A stretch of 64,000 bases of DNA from the human T2T-CHM13v2.0 reference genome, Homo sapiens. Shown in pieces: positions 41,908 to 53,116 of this stretch. Made by a program: the position numbers and the translations under genes. A model generated the notes under the pieces. It worked only from the letters and a program-made list of their open reading frames with translations, had not been told where the DNA came from and made no database searches. Position 1 is the stretch's first letter. Each line of letters opens with the position of its first letter. The stretch lies in assembly GCF_009914755.1 (NCBI RefSeq), contig NC_060931.1; one strand, 5' to 3'.

Positions 41908-44900
41908 TCTCCAAGATGGCAGATAAGAGGTTTTTAGTGTGCCTCAGCCACTTGAAAACAGGAAAACGGTACATAAAGATCAACTCTGGGAGCTTTAATT
42001 CAAAAAGGAAAACAGGAATCCACTGGAATCTTGAAGGACAACCAAGATTCTGGGGAGGAAAACATTGGCAAACAGCCTCTGTGATGGAATCCAGCTGATA
42101 AAAGTGAGTACAGTACAGGAGGGAGGCAGAGAGCCTTCCTCCGTGACTTACCTTTCCACTGGGGATCGGAGAAACCCAGGCCAAGAGAGAGCACTTCGTT
42201 TCTCCCAAGCCTTGGAGCTAACATAGGGAGAGCCTTGGAGGACTGAGAGGAAAAGACATGGGGAAAAGCTACAGATATTTTCCCAGACCTTGGACCAAGA
42301 GCAGGGTGTCATTTTTAATCTGGGTGCACACAAAGTCAACCATTCTTTGGCAAAAAGGCAGTGTGGTCATGCAGGTGTTTTTGTCTCAGGCCAGAGATTG
42401 GGGCACTTGCTCTGGATTGTGGTAGCGGCCCCCACAGCCAGAATTGTGAAAAGCACCTCTACATTAGGCATAAGAATTGTGCTTTCCCCTATCACAGGCT
42501 TAGGGTGGGAGGAGTGCTGCCACAGCTACAGTGGGAAACAGAATTGAAGCCAAGGCCAGTTTGGCAATCTGGAACCAGTCTGTGTGTGTTATTGCTGGGT
42601 GCCCCAGCTTGCTCCCCTGAGATCACAGTGCAGTGGGGCTCTCTCCACTTCAACCCCAGGTAGAATTTCACCCATTCAGAACACACGCTTATCTGGACCA
42701 CTAGCCTGAGCCACCCCACTCTTCCTGGGCATAGATCCTGGTGCAATGATGTCTTCTTTGCTCCATGCCCAGGCAGATCTCCAAGAATTTGGATCATACA
42801 CTCACATGGACTAGTAATCTGAGGCACCACACGCCTCCTGTGCAGAGATCCTGGTGAAGGGGGCCCTCTTCACTTCACAACCAGTCAGATCTTCAGGCAT
42901 TCAGGGCAACCACTGGCCTGGTTCAGCAGCCTGAGCTATGCCACCTTTCCTGAGCATAAACCATGGTACAATGCAATGCTCTCTTCTCCACACTCAGGCA
43001 TATCTCTAGACATTCAGAGCACCTACTCACCTGGACCAGCAACCTGACCCACCCTGCCTTTCCTGTGCAAAGATTGTGGTATGTGGGGGATGGGACACTC
43101 TCTGCTCCACATCCAGGCACATCTCCAGGCATTTTGAGTAACTGCTTGCTTGGTTAGGCAGCCTGAGCCACCATACCCTTCCTCAACATAGATCACGGTG
43201 CAGCAATGCCCCGTCCGCTCCACACCCAGGCACATCTCCAGGCATTTGGAGCACCTGCTCACCCAGATTGGTAGCCTGAGCCACTTCACCCTGCCTGTGC
43301 AGAGATCCTAGAGCAGCAGGCCTCTCTGCTTCATACCCAGGTTGCACTCCAGTCATTCAGAGCTCCCACTTGCCTTGTTCAGCAGCCTAAGTCACACCAC
43401 CTGTCCTGTAAAAAGATCCTTGTGCAGGGTCCCTTTCCACTCCACACCCAGTCAAATTTTCAGGCATTCAGAGCATCTGCTCACCTGAATCAACAGCCTA
43501 CGCTGCCAAACCATTCCTTGCAGAGACTGTGAGGAAGCAGGGCCCTATCCAACCCAAGCCCAGGCAGATCTCCAGGCAGCTGGAGCACCAGTTCATCCGT
43601 ATTACCAGCTTGAGATGCCCCACCCTTCCAGTACAGAGGCTGTGGTGCAGCAGGGTTCTATCAACTCCATGCCCAGGCAGATCTCCAAGTACCTGTAGCA
43701 TCCACTCTCCTTGATTAGGAGTTTAGGCCACCCCTATCCCCAGCTTGTTCAGAGAACTTTGGTTTAAGGAGGTTTCCCAGCTCCATTCCTAGGCACACAT
43801 CTGGGAACTTGCTGGTCACCCACTGGATTCTTCCTCAGCACTGGTGCTTATGCCTGCCATCAGGGGACTGGTGGTCAGTGCTTCCCAATCTAGCCTCATC
43901 CATCTCTCACCCATCTAGGGCTTGGCATTGAGCTCAGAACACTGTGCACTCCATGTAGAGAGCTTCTTTTGGTCAGCAAGGATCAAGTATATATCCAGCC
44001 ATGTTAACTGCAGCCAGCTCTTACCCATAAGTGCCATCTACTGGCTGTACGTCAAACTGCACAACTCAATATAAAACCTGTCAAAAGAAGCATGTAGGGA
44101 TGTAGAAGCAAAGCCAAAACACCCTACTCAATATTCTCTAAAGTCACACACCCTAAGGAAAGGGGGAAAGGAAAGAAAAAAATCAGTAATATTATTGAAA
44201 GAAAATTTAAAATCCTACTTGCATGAAAATAATTATAAACTAGAAGTGCTAGCATTTCCAGATGAGAAGGAACCAGCATAAGAATTCTGACAAACATGAA
44301 AAATCTGAACACACTAACACCACCCAACTATCACACTGTCTCTACAGAAATGGTCCCTAAACAAAATGGAAACTGAGAAATGATAGACAAAGAATTCAAA
44401 TCATAGATTGCAAGGAAGCTCAATGAGATCCAAGACAAGGTGGAAATCAACAACAAGAAAAAAAAACCTTCTAAACAATACAGGAAATGAATGAATAAAT
44501 AAATATATTAAATTGAAAATTTCCCTTAAGGAATTTAAAAATATAACTGAAACCTTTATCAATTAATTGGACCAAACAGAAGAAAGAATTTCAGAACTTG
44601 ACCAGTCATTCATGCTTACCTAGTCAGACAAAAATAAAGAAAAAAGAATTTAGAAAATGAACCATCTTCAAGAAATATGGAATTATGTAAGATGACAAAA
44701 CTTGTGAATTATTGGCATTCCTGAGAGAGAAGGAGAAAAAGCAAAACTGGAAAATATATTTGAGGTAATAATTCAATTTTTTAAAATTTTGCTAGAGGTA
44801 GACATTTAGATACAAGACATCCAGAGAACATTCTTGGGATAATATAAAAAATGGACACTACACCAAGGCATATAGTCACCAGAGTGCTGAAGGGCAATGT

Positions 44901-44953
44901 TAAACAAAAAATCTAAAAGGCAACTATAGGAAAAGATCACATTACATACAAAG
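41908..44953 (+). mobile_element. L1PB-type (L1PBb-like) 5'UTR and 5' part of ORF1
   Basis: Starts tccaagatggcagat. GC-richer 5'UTR with a tandem array; degenerate ORF1 (caagaaatatggaattatgtaag, attggcattcctgagagagaagg, ccaaggcatatagtca) cut off at the LTR. Confidence 0.85.
42600..43800 (+). repeat. About 10 diverged tandem units of 111-119 bp inside the L1 5'UTR
   Basis: The anchor ccaggcagatctccaggcatt recurs at 42656, 42769, 42881, 42994, 43113, 43226, 43337, 43448, 43560, 43673 and 43789. Confidence 0.9.
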
Positions 44954-45430
44954 TTTTAGCTATGACTTCTAAATTTCTTTTCAAATAATCGATATGTTAG
45001 TATGTTCAATTCTTTACCTTCTACTTTTAAACTTAACTTCCTCATAAAGCAACCTTTTTCGATTACCTGCTCCACCCTGACTCATTTCAATCACCTGCTC
45101 CTCCCTGACTCATTCCGATTACCCTGCTCTGTCATAACCATTTTTCCCCACCAAACCACTCACTGAGTCACTCTCTTTAAATTAACCAATCAGAATTAGT
45201 TTAGCCTGTGTAGTCTAGCCCTAGCCAATAGGGGAATGACACAGCAGCAGGGGCCACGTATGTCAGGGATAAGAACCCCTTCCCCTCCCTTGTCCAAGTG
45301 TGCGCTCACCATTGCTCCATCTGTAAGGGTGCACCCTTCTATAGAAGTACCTTGCCTTGCTGAGAATTAAAAAGAAAAATTTATATTCAAGTGCTATTTA
45401 TTTTGTGGCACCGAAACTTTATATATAACA
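44954..45430 (+). mobile_element. 5' LTR, LTR10F-like
   Basis: Starts ttttagctatgacttctaaatttcttttcaaa (consensus TGTTAGATATGAGTTCT); repeated acctgctccaccctgactcatt; CCAAT boxes; ATTAAA at about 45366; ends ...ataaca. Confidence 0.88.
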
Positions 45431-45433
45431 ATT

Positions 45434-45451
45434 TGGGGGCTCGCCCACAAT
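45434..45451 (+). promoter_or_regulatory. Retroviral primer-binding site, tRNA-Pro type (diverged)
   Basis: tgggggctcgcccacaat, 3 nt after the LTR end, compared with the tRNA-Pro PBS TGGGGGCTCGTCCGGGAT. Confidence 0.75.
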
Positions 45452-46974
45452 TACATTTCCCTCTGGGGATGGTCTCTGGTTCTCTCTCATGAGGAAGTAC
45501 ACACCCCGCTCCTTGTGGCAGCCTCAGGGGTGAGAAATCAGAACCCACCCAGTGCGAGGAATAACCTGAGCACTGAACAACGCAGAAAAAAGAAAAAAAG
45601 ATTGGCCAGCAACCTAGCTTAAAGGATCCTGATACTGCTGCGATGACTCTGCGCACAGACCAAGGAAGGAGAAGCCACGGGAGCCGGTACAGTATTTCCC
45701 TGGTGGTCAGGACCCCCTCGGAGGGGGGTGTGGTGGTGAAGTACTCCTTGGTTGGGGTGGCTTAGAGGTTAAAAAGCGGCGAGACGTCTCCACTGGGGGG
45801 GTTTCAACCTCACATGAACCTCCAGTAGTAGAAAAGGCAAGAAATTTCCAGTGGGGAAATTGAGCCTCACCTCAAAAAGGCAAGAAATTTCCAGCGGGGA
45901 AATTGAGCCTCACCCCAAAAGGTGAGAAATTTCCAGTAAGGGAAATTGAACCTTGAACCTTATCCCAAACCATCAAGATGGGAAATACCCCAAGCAAGAC
46001 AGGGAGCAAGGGGGATAAAGATGGTAACAAAGATATCCCCCCAGGTAGCCCCCTAGTCTCATGCTAAAACACTGGAAGGATAATAAAAGGACTAAACAGA
46101 GGAAAAAGCAACAAATGATAAAATATTACTGTTTTATTTGGACTCAGACCCATCCTCAAACCCTCAATATTCTGGCCAAAGTTTGGGTCGAATGAGTATG
46201 TGATGTGTAAGCTTCTAATCCGATATGTTAATGATAAAAGTCCAGTGTCTCAAGAGGAACTAGGCTATGCCCTTTGTTGGAGGCAAGGACCTGCTCTCCT
46301 TTTCTCCCTTAAAAACAAATAGGGAAAAACCCAATCTGGCACCTCAAAATGAAAAGTCAGAGGAGCCAGCTGTCATGCCTAAAGACTCCAGTGCATGGGA
46401 TCCCCTAGACTATCTTCCCCCACTCAGTGTCCCCAATCTTTCCCCTCAGACAGCCACTGCCGCCTCAGATCCCATTCCAAATTCCCCCTCTACTCACATT
46501 ATCCCTCCTCGTTATAACCCTGACTCTTAGGAATTACTGTCCCACCACCTGTTCCCTACCAACCTAAAGACCCTTCTCTAAAAGGATCCCAGCCTCCATC
46601 TGGAGAACCAAGGTCCTTGTCTACCAGGCCCCCTAAAGAGTATGGGGGAGCAGGGTTAAAGAATTCCAGAACTAAGAGGGAGGAAGGACAAGATAGGTGC
46701 TATAGACGTGGAAGAACAGGCCACTTCAAGAGAGGATGTCCTGAACAAAGAAAGGAGAAAGAAGCCCTTCCACTCATGACTTTCAAGGAAGAATGGGGGG
46801 TCAGGGGCTCTATCTCTTTTATCCTGAGTCCCACCAGGAGCCCTTGATAAATTTGGAGGTGGGACCTAAACATGAGCTTATCACCTTTTTAGTCGATTCA
46901 GAGTTTGCTCGCTCCTGTGTTTGTTTCCCCCCGTCTAATGTTGTCTCCTCCTCAGAGGAACTTAGTCTCTGGGG

Positions 46975-47220
46975 TAAAAGGGGAAGGAGAGGGGAGAACA
47001 GCAGCATAAGCAGCTGGCAGAGGCAGGGAAAGACCAGCAGAGAGGAAAGAGAGAGAGAGAGAAAGGAAGCAGAGAGAAAGAGAGGAAAAACAGAAACAGA
47101 GAGAAAATGAGTGGCAGAGAGAGAGGAAGACAGAGACAAAGAGGGAGTCAGAGAGAAAGAGAGAGACAGAGTCAAAGAGAGAAAGAAAGAGAGAGACATA
47201 GAAGTAGTAAAGAGAAAACA
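46975..47220. repeat. GA-rich polypurine tract within the provirus
   Basis: About 245 bp dominated by (GA)n/(GAAA)n, directly after the protease remnant. Confidence 0.9.
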
Positions 47221-50200
47221 ATGTACCCTATTCCTTTAAAAGCCAGGGTAAATTTAAAACCTATAATTGATAATTAAAGGTCTTCTCCGTGACACTATAA
47301 CACTCCAATACCACCTTGTTGTCAGTATAAACGAGGGCATAGCCCGAAAGCACTGAGGCCACTGACAACCCGTAGCCTTCCTAATCAAAAATCCTTAACC
47401 CGGTAACCCAGGATGGCCCACATGCATTTAATCTGTAGTGGCAACTACTTTGCTAGCAGAAGAAAGTAGAAAAATAGCTTTTAGAGGAAACCTCATTGTG
47501 AGCACACCTCACCAGTTCAGAACTAGCCTAAGTCAAAAAAAAAAAGGAAAAAGGAAAAAGGTAGCTTACCAACTCAAAAATCTTAAAAATCTTAAAGTAT
47601 CGGGCTATTCTGTTAGAAAAAGACGATTTAACACTAACCACTGAAAATTCCCTTAACCCAGCAGGTTTCCTAACAGGGGATCTAAATCTTAATTACCATA
47701 CAAAGTTCCGACCAGACCTAGGAGGAACTCCCTTCAGTACAGTACCATAGATAGATGGTTCCTCCCAGGTGATTGAGGGAAAAAGACACGATGGGTATTC
47801 AGTAATTGATCGGAAAACTCTTGTAAGAGCAGAGTTAGGAAAATTGCCTAATAATTGGTCTGCTCAAATGTTTGAGCTGTTTGCACCCAGTCAAGCCTTA
47901 AAGTATTTACAGAACCAGGAAAGAACCATCTATACCAATTCTAAGTTAATTTGGACTAAACAAGGTCTTATTAATAACGAAAGATAATTGAAATCCCAAA
48001 CTTACAAGGTTTTCAACAAAAGTAAAATTTGCTACAAGTTAACAGTGTAACATATATTACCCTAACTTCTAATCTTGTGGCCTTAGGCAGTCTAGTCCAC
48101 AGACATGAAGGAAGTTCGCCTTGGAAAAGAATGGTTATCATCTTTGGAAAAAAAAAAAAAGGGAGAATTTATGTAAAAAGAATGTTATATGGTAAATTAT
48201 TGTCCTAAAAAATTAACTGGTTGTTTAAAGAAAGGGATGTTTGCAACAAGTCAGAAAGTTGAAGCGTGTTGAAGAATTGTCTGTGAAAGTCGTGGAAAAA
48301 TAAAACTGTATTGTAAAAGGGAATTTATGCAAGAAATGTATAATTTAAAAGTAATTAGGCCTCCTGAATGTAAAACTATTAAAGAAACAGTTTATGTGAA
48401 AGGTGTATAAGGAAAGTAAAATACACTTTTGGTAAAAGGATTATACGGAGGCATAATAATGTGGATTTTTATCTACATTAAAAGGTTAAAAAATGTTCTG
48501 TTTTGAAGGTTTAAGCAAGTTTTAAAATGTTAATTGTAAAGGAAATTCTGTGTGTAAACATATTGGCTAAAGTTAAAAAGGTATCATCCAGTTTTTCTGT
48601 GAATTGGACATTAAAATTAAAGCACAACAGATTTTTCTTAAAGCACTAACTTGCTCTTTAACAAAAATTATAAAAGGTTAAAAGCAGTCTATAAAAAATC
48701 TTACCTTATGGTTAGATGTTAAAATTAAATAAATATGTCTATAAGATTTTTTTAAAATTGAGTTTAACATTAAAAACACACTAATACAAAGGTGAAATTT
48801 AGCTTATCTGGTATAAAAATCATACAGGAAGCATTGTTAAATATAAAGTGGTGTTTGGCTTTCTTTGGTCTAAAAACTAATAAAAATAGGTGCTAAAGGA
48901 AATTTCTCAGTAAGAAGGCACCAAAGACTATAAAGTCCACTGCTGATGTCCCCATATTTAAAACAAAAGATCAATTTCTTAGAAATTATATACTTGGTTT
49001 ATCTTCCCCTTTCCTTTCCCTCAAAACTAAAAGTCTTTCAGCACAGGTACCACCCCTAGAATTTCCAGTAAGCCAGCACCAGCTTGAAGATCATTCTCAT
49101 CAAAGGGTGGAAAGAAGGAAAAGTTGAGCCAGCCTGGGAAGGACCCTACCTTTTGCTGCTAACCACTGAGACTGCTGTTCATACAGCATAAAGGGGATGG
49201 ACTCATCACATCCAAGTCAAGAAAGCGCCGCCCCCTCCAGAGTCGTGGGCCATGGTCCCAGGGGAAAAACCCTACCAAACTAACGCTAAAAAAAAATTTA
49301 ACTCTCTTTCTTCTACGCTATTACTCTTTCTTCTTTCCTCACTCTATTGCTGACCAACTAGTTATTAACATAACCAAGTCAATTTTGCCTCAAACTATTG
49401 CATTTAATGCTTGCCTTGTTATACCCTGTGGGGACCTGCCAAGTCAAAGACCGCTCTCTACTTCAGAAAAGCACCTCTGTCCCTCCTGACTCTCCTCAGA
49501 CTGGGCACTAGTGAATTGGGACCATTTAATCCAGGGAGATTTCAATAAAGACCCCAGTGTCAACCAGGAGTCTTGCTCCCCAATCTAGAGCTTTTATGCC
49601 ATAGTTAGTCCAACGTTCTGTGGACCACTAAAGAACAACAATGGACTGCCCCAACCAGTTTTTGTAGTTTCCTAAAACCATACATTCATTTTACTAGAGG
49701 GACAGCCCTCCCCGCTAACTGTCGGCTAAACCAGTGTAATTCTATATGGGTTATTATCTCAAACCTTCAAAGTTCTTCCCCTTTTCTAAGCCGGTTCCCT
49801 TCTTTAAGCCAGTTTTATGGTATGGGGACTGAGGTTTCAGGGACAAACCCTGTTAGATTCTTTGAAGTGCATTTCTTTGATCCCCCACCACCTGCACCTT
49901 CCTCTAAGCCTTCTTCCAAAACCTCTTACAATGGAACAATTGTTCCTCCTCCATCTAACAACAAGACCAAGATAGCTATTGTAAAAGTTAAAGACTTAAA
50001 ACATACTTTGGCAATTAAGACAGGATACCAAGATGCAAATGCCTGGTTGGAATGGATCAAATATTCTGTCTGCATGTTAAACAAAAGCAATTGTTATGCT
50101 GTGCGCATAGCAGGCCAGAGGCCCAGATTGTCCCCTTTCCACTAAGGTGGTCCTCCAGTTGATGGGGCATGGGCTGCATGGTAGCTCTTTTCCAGGATTC

Positions 50201-50788
50201 TACAGCCTGGAGTAATAAGTCATGCCAAGATCTCTCTCTGCTATATCCTGAAGTCCGGCACCCTGAGGGCCATCCAGCTTCCATCTCCCACCACTAAGTT
50301 CACTTTGTGTCTCTCATGACAGGGAGGAAAGTTAGTGTTCCTTGGAGACCTGAAGGGATGCAGTGAACTTAAGGATTTAAAAGAGCTTATCAATCAGCCC
50401 TTGTTCATCCCCGAGCAGATGTGTGGTGGTATTGTGGTGGACCTTTACTGGACACTCTGCTGAATAACTGGAGCGGTACTTGTGCTTTAGTCCAATCGGC
50501 TATCCCATTCACCCTGGAATTTTATCAACCAGAGGAAGGAAAAAAAGACATCGTAAAGTGAGAGAAGCCCCTTATGGGTCTTTCGACTCTCACGTCTATT
50601 TAGACACAATTGGAGTCCCACAGGGAATACCAGATCAATTTAAAACCCGAAATCAAATAGCTGCAGAATTTAAGTAAATATTTTGGTAGGTGACAATAAA
50701 AATGTAGATTGGATAAGCTACATCTACTAAGCCAAGACATGTTAAAAAGTTTGAAAAGAAAACTGTAAGGAAATACAAGGGGAGGGGT

Positions 50789-50805
50789 TGTTAGATATGA
50801 GTCCT
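50789..50805 (+). mobile_element. 3' LTR stub (first 14-17 nt only)
   Basis: tgttagatatgagtcct follows the PPT and matches the start of the 5' LTR; LTR similarity then stops. Confidence 0.85.
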
Positions 50806-50813
50806 CCTGCAAC

Positions 50814-51532
50814 ATACCATCTCACACCATTCAGAATGGCCATTATTAGTACATGTGCTGTTGAAGAAAGCAATAACAGATGCTGGTGAGGCTGTGGAGA
50901 AAAGTGAACGCTTATACACTGTTGATGGGGAGTAGTTCAGCCACTGTTGAAAGCAGTTTGGATATTTCTCAAATAACTTAAAACAGAATTATCATTTGAC
51001 TGAGCAATCTTATTACTAAGTATGCATCCAAAAGAAAGTAAAGTGTTCTACCAAAAAGACACATGTGCTTGTATGTTCACTACTGCAATAATAGCAAAGA
51101 CATGGAATCAGTCTAGGTGCCCATCAATGGTGGATTGGATAAAGAAAATATGGCACATATACACCATGGAACACTATGCAGCCACAAAAAGGAAATTATG
51201 TCATTTAGAACAATATGGAGGCAGCTATAAGACATTATCCTAAGTGAGTTAATGCAGAAAGAGAAAGTCAAATACTGCAGGTTGTCACTTACAAGTGGGA
51301 GCTAAACATGGTGTACTGATGGACATAAACATGGCAACAATAGGCAGTGGGGAATACTAGAGTGGGGAGGGAGGCAAGGTTTGAAAAACTAACTGTTGGG
51401 TACTATGCTTACTATATAGGGAATCATTCACATCCCAAACCTCTGCATCACATAATATACCCAGGTATGAAGCCTGCACACATACTGCCTGAATCTAAAA
51501 TAAAATTTGAAATTATAAAAAAAATAAAAAGG
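50814..51532 (+). mobile_element. L1 3' end (L1PB4/L1PA17-like), probably the tail of the 41908 element
   Basis: ataccatctcacaccattcagaatggcc...; 3'UTR ggcaaggtttgaaaaactaactgttgggtactatgct...tgaatctaaaataaaatttgaaatt plus an A tail. Confidence 0.88.
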
Positions 51533-51549
51533 TAAAGAAAACTTTAAAT

Positions 51550-53105
51550 AAATACATAGTATGTACTCTTTTCTATTTCTGGCTTATTTCACTTGGCCCT
51601 ATGTTTTAGTGCATATCTATCTTGTATCTGTAGTGTATTCTTTTTTACTCCTGTGGAGTGTTATATATGAATATACAAATGTTTTAATCCATTCATCAGT
51701 TAATAGACATTAAGGTTGTTTCCTATTTTGATAATATAAATAAATGTATGTGCAAGACTTTGTGTGAGTATAGTTTCAATCCTTTTGCATAAATACCTAA
51801 GAATAGGATTGCTAGCTCTATTTTAAGTGTGTATTTAACCTTATCAGAAATTGTCTGATATGGCTTGGATGTGTGTCCCTTCATATTGACATGTAATACC
51901 CAATGTTGCAGGTGGAGCCTAGTGGGAGGTATTTGGGTCATGGGGGCTGATCCCTTTTGAATGGCTTCATGCCATCCTTGCAGTAATGAGTGCGTTCTCA
52001 CTGTATGAGCTCACATGATACCTGGTCCCTTAACAGAGCCTGGAATCTCCTCCTGTCTCTTCCCCCTGCTCTTGCCATGGGACACACTTGCTTCCCCTTT
52101 GCCTTATGCCATGAGTGGAATTTTCCTGATGCCCACACCAGAAGGCGAGCAGATGCTAGTGCCATTCTTCTTGTAAAGCCTCTATAACTGTGAGCCAAAA
52201 TAAACCTCTTTTCTTTATAAATTACCCAGCCTCAAGTATTTATTTATAGCAATGCGAATGGACTAACACAGCATCAAACTGATTTTCAAAGTAGCTGGAA
52301 ACTTTACTTTTCTGTCAGCAATATATGAGAGTTCCATTTGTCTGACATTCAGACAGTCTTTTAAATGTTCAAGTTGATGTGTTGTGGTATTTTATAATGG
52401 TTTTATTTAAAATGGCTGATGAATAGTGATGTTGAGTATGATTTAAATGCTTCTTTGCCAGTAACATACTATGTTTTATGAAGAATTTGTTCAAAACTTT
52501 CACTATTTGTTTTTATTGGGTTATCTTTACTTTATTGAACTTTAAGAACTATTTATACATTATGAATGCTAGCTTTTCATCTGATATACATGCAAGCGCA
52601 TATGGACACGCACACTTTTCACCCAGTCGGGTTTGCCTTGTTATTTTTCCGAACATTTTTTTTAATGACCCAAAGTTAAGTTCTCAATGTTAATAACATC
52701 TGATTGATCAATATTTTTCTTTTATAATCTGTGCTTTTTCTATCAAATCTAAAAATTCTTTGCATCTCCAAATTCTCAAAATTATTTTCATATGTTTTAT
52801 TTTATATTTCTATAGTTTTAGATTTTATATTTAGGTTCATAAGATCTTTTTAGATGATGTTCATGTCATGGTGAGTTATTGCAAGACATTTACTTTTGTC
52901 CATAAGGTATCTAATTATTTCAGAGTCATTTTTTGAAAACACTATTTTGCTTCTTTGGATTACCTTCACATTTTTATTAAAATGAAACTTACCATATAAA
53001 TATGGGTCTACTTCTGGACCCTATTCAGTTTCATTGATCTATATGTCTATCCTTCAAAAATAATAAGCTATCTAGATTATTGTAACTTTATAACAAGCCT
53101 TGAAT
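51550..53105 (-). mobile_element. Old L1M (MB/ME), continuation; resumes again at about 57912-58540
   Basis: Antisense 3'UTR/ORF2 motifs atccattcatcagttaatagacat, taaatacctaagaataggattgct and ttcattgatctatatgtctatcctt. Confidence 0.75.
51856..52270 (+). mobile_element. MaLR LTR MSTA/MSTB-like
   Basis: tgatatggcttggatgtgtgtcc...aaataaacctcttttctttataaattacccagcctca...gactaacaca. Confidence 0.92.
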
Positions 53106-53116
53106 TCAGATAGTTT

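Larger units (their letters stand above)
45431..50788 (+). mobile_element. HERV-IP10FH-like internal region, defective (gag-pro-pol-env remnants)
   Basis: Gag start MGNTPSK at 45978; mutated zinc knuckle CYRRGRTGHFKRGC (about 46698); protease FLVDS (about 46885); RNase H remnant (47755-47930); integrase tail WEGPYLLLLTTETAV (about 49135); env RHRKVR/EAPYGSFDSHVYLDTIGVPQGIPDQFK; PPT aaggggagggg at 50777-50787. All frames are broken. Confidence 0.88.

Noticed and set aside
42600-43800. Regularly spaced repeats suggesting a CRISPR-like array
   Set aside because: The whole unit repeats with no unique spacers, the array lies inside an L1 5'UTR, and there are no cas genes.
49300-50730. Possible co-opted retroviral env gene
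   Set aside because: Multiple stops and frameshifts, and the TM region is deleted shortly after the cleavage site.
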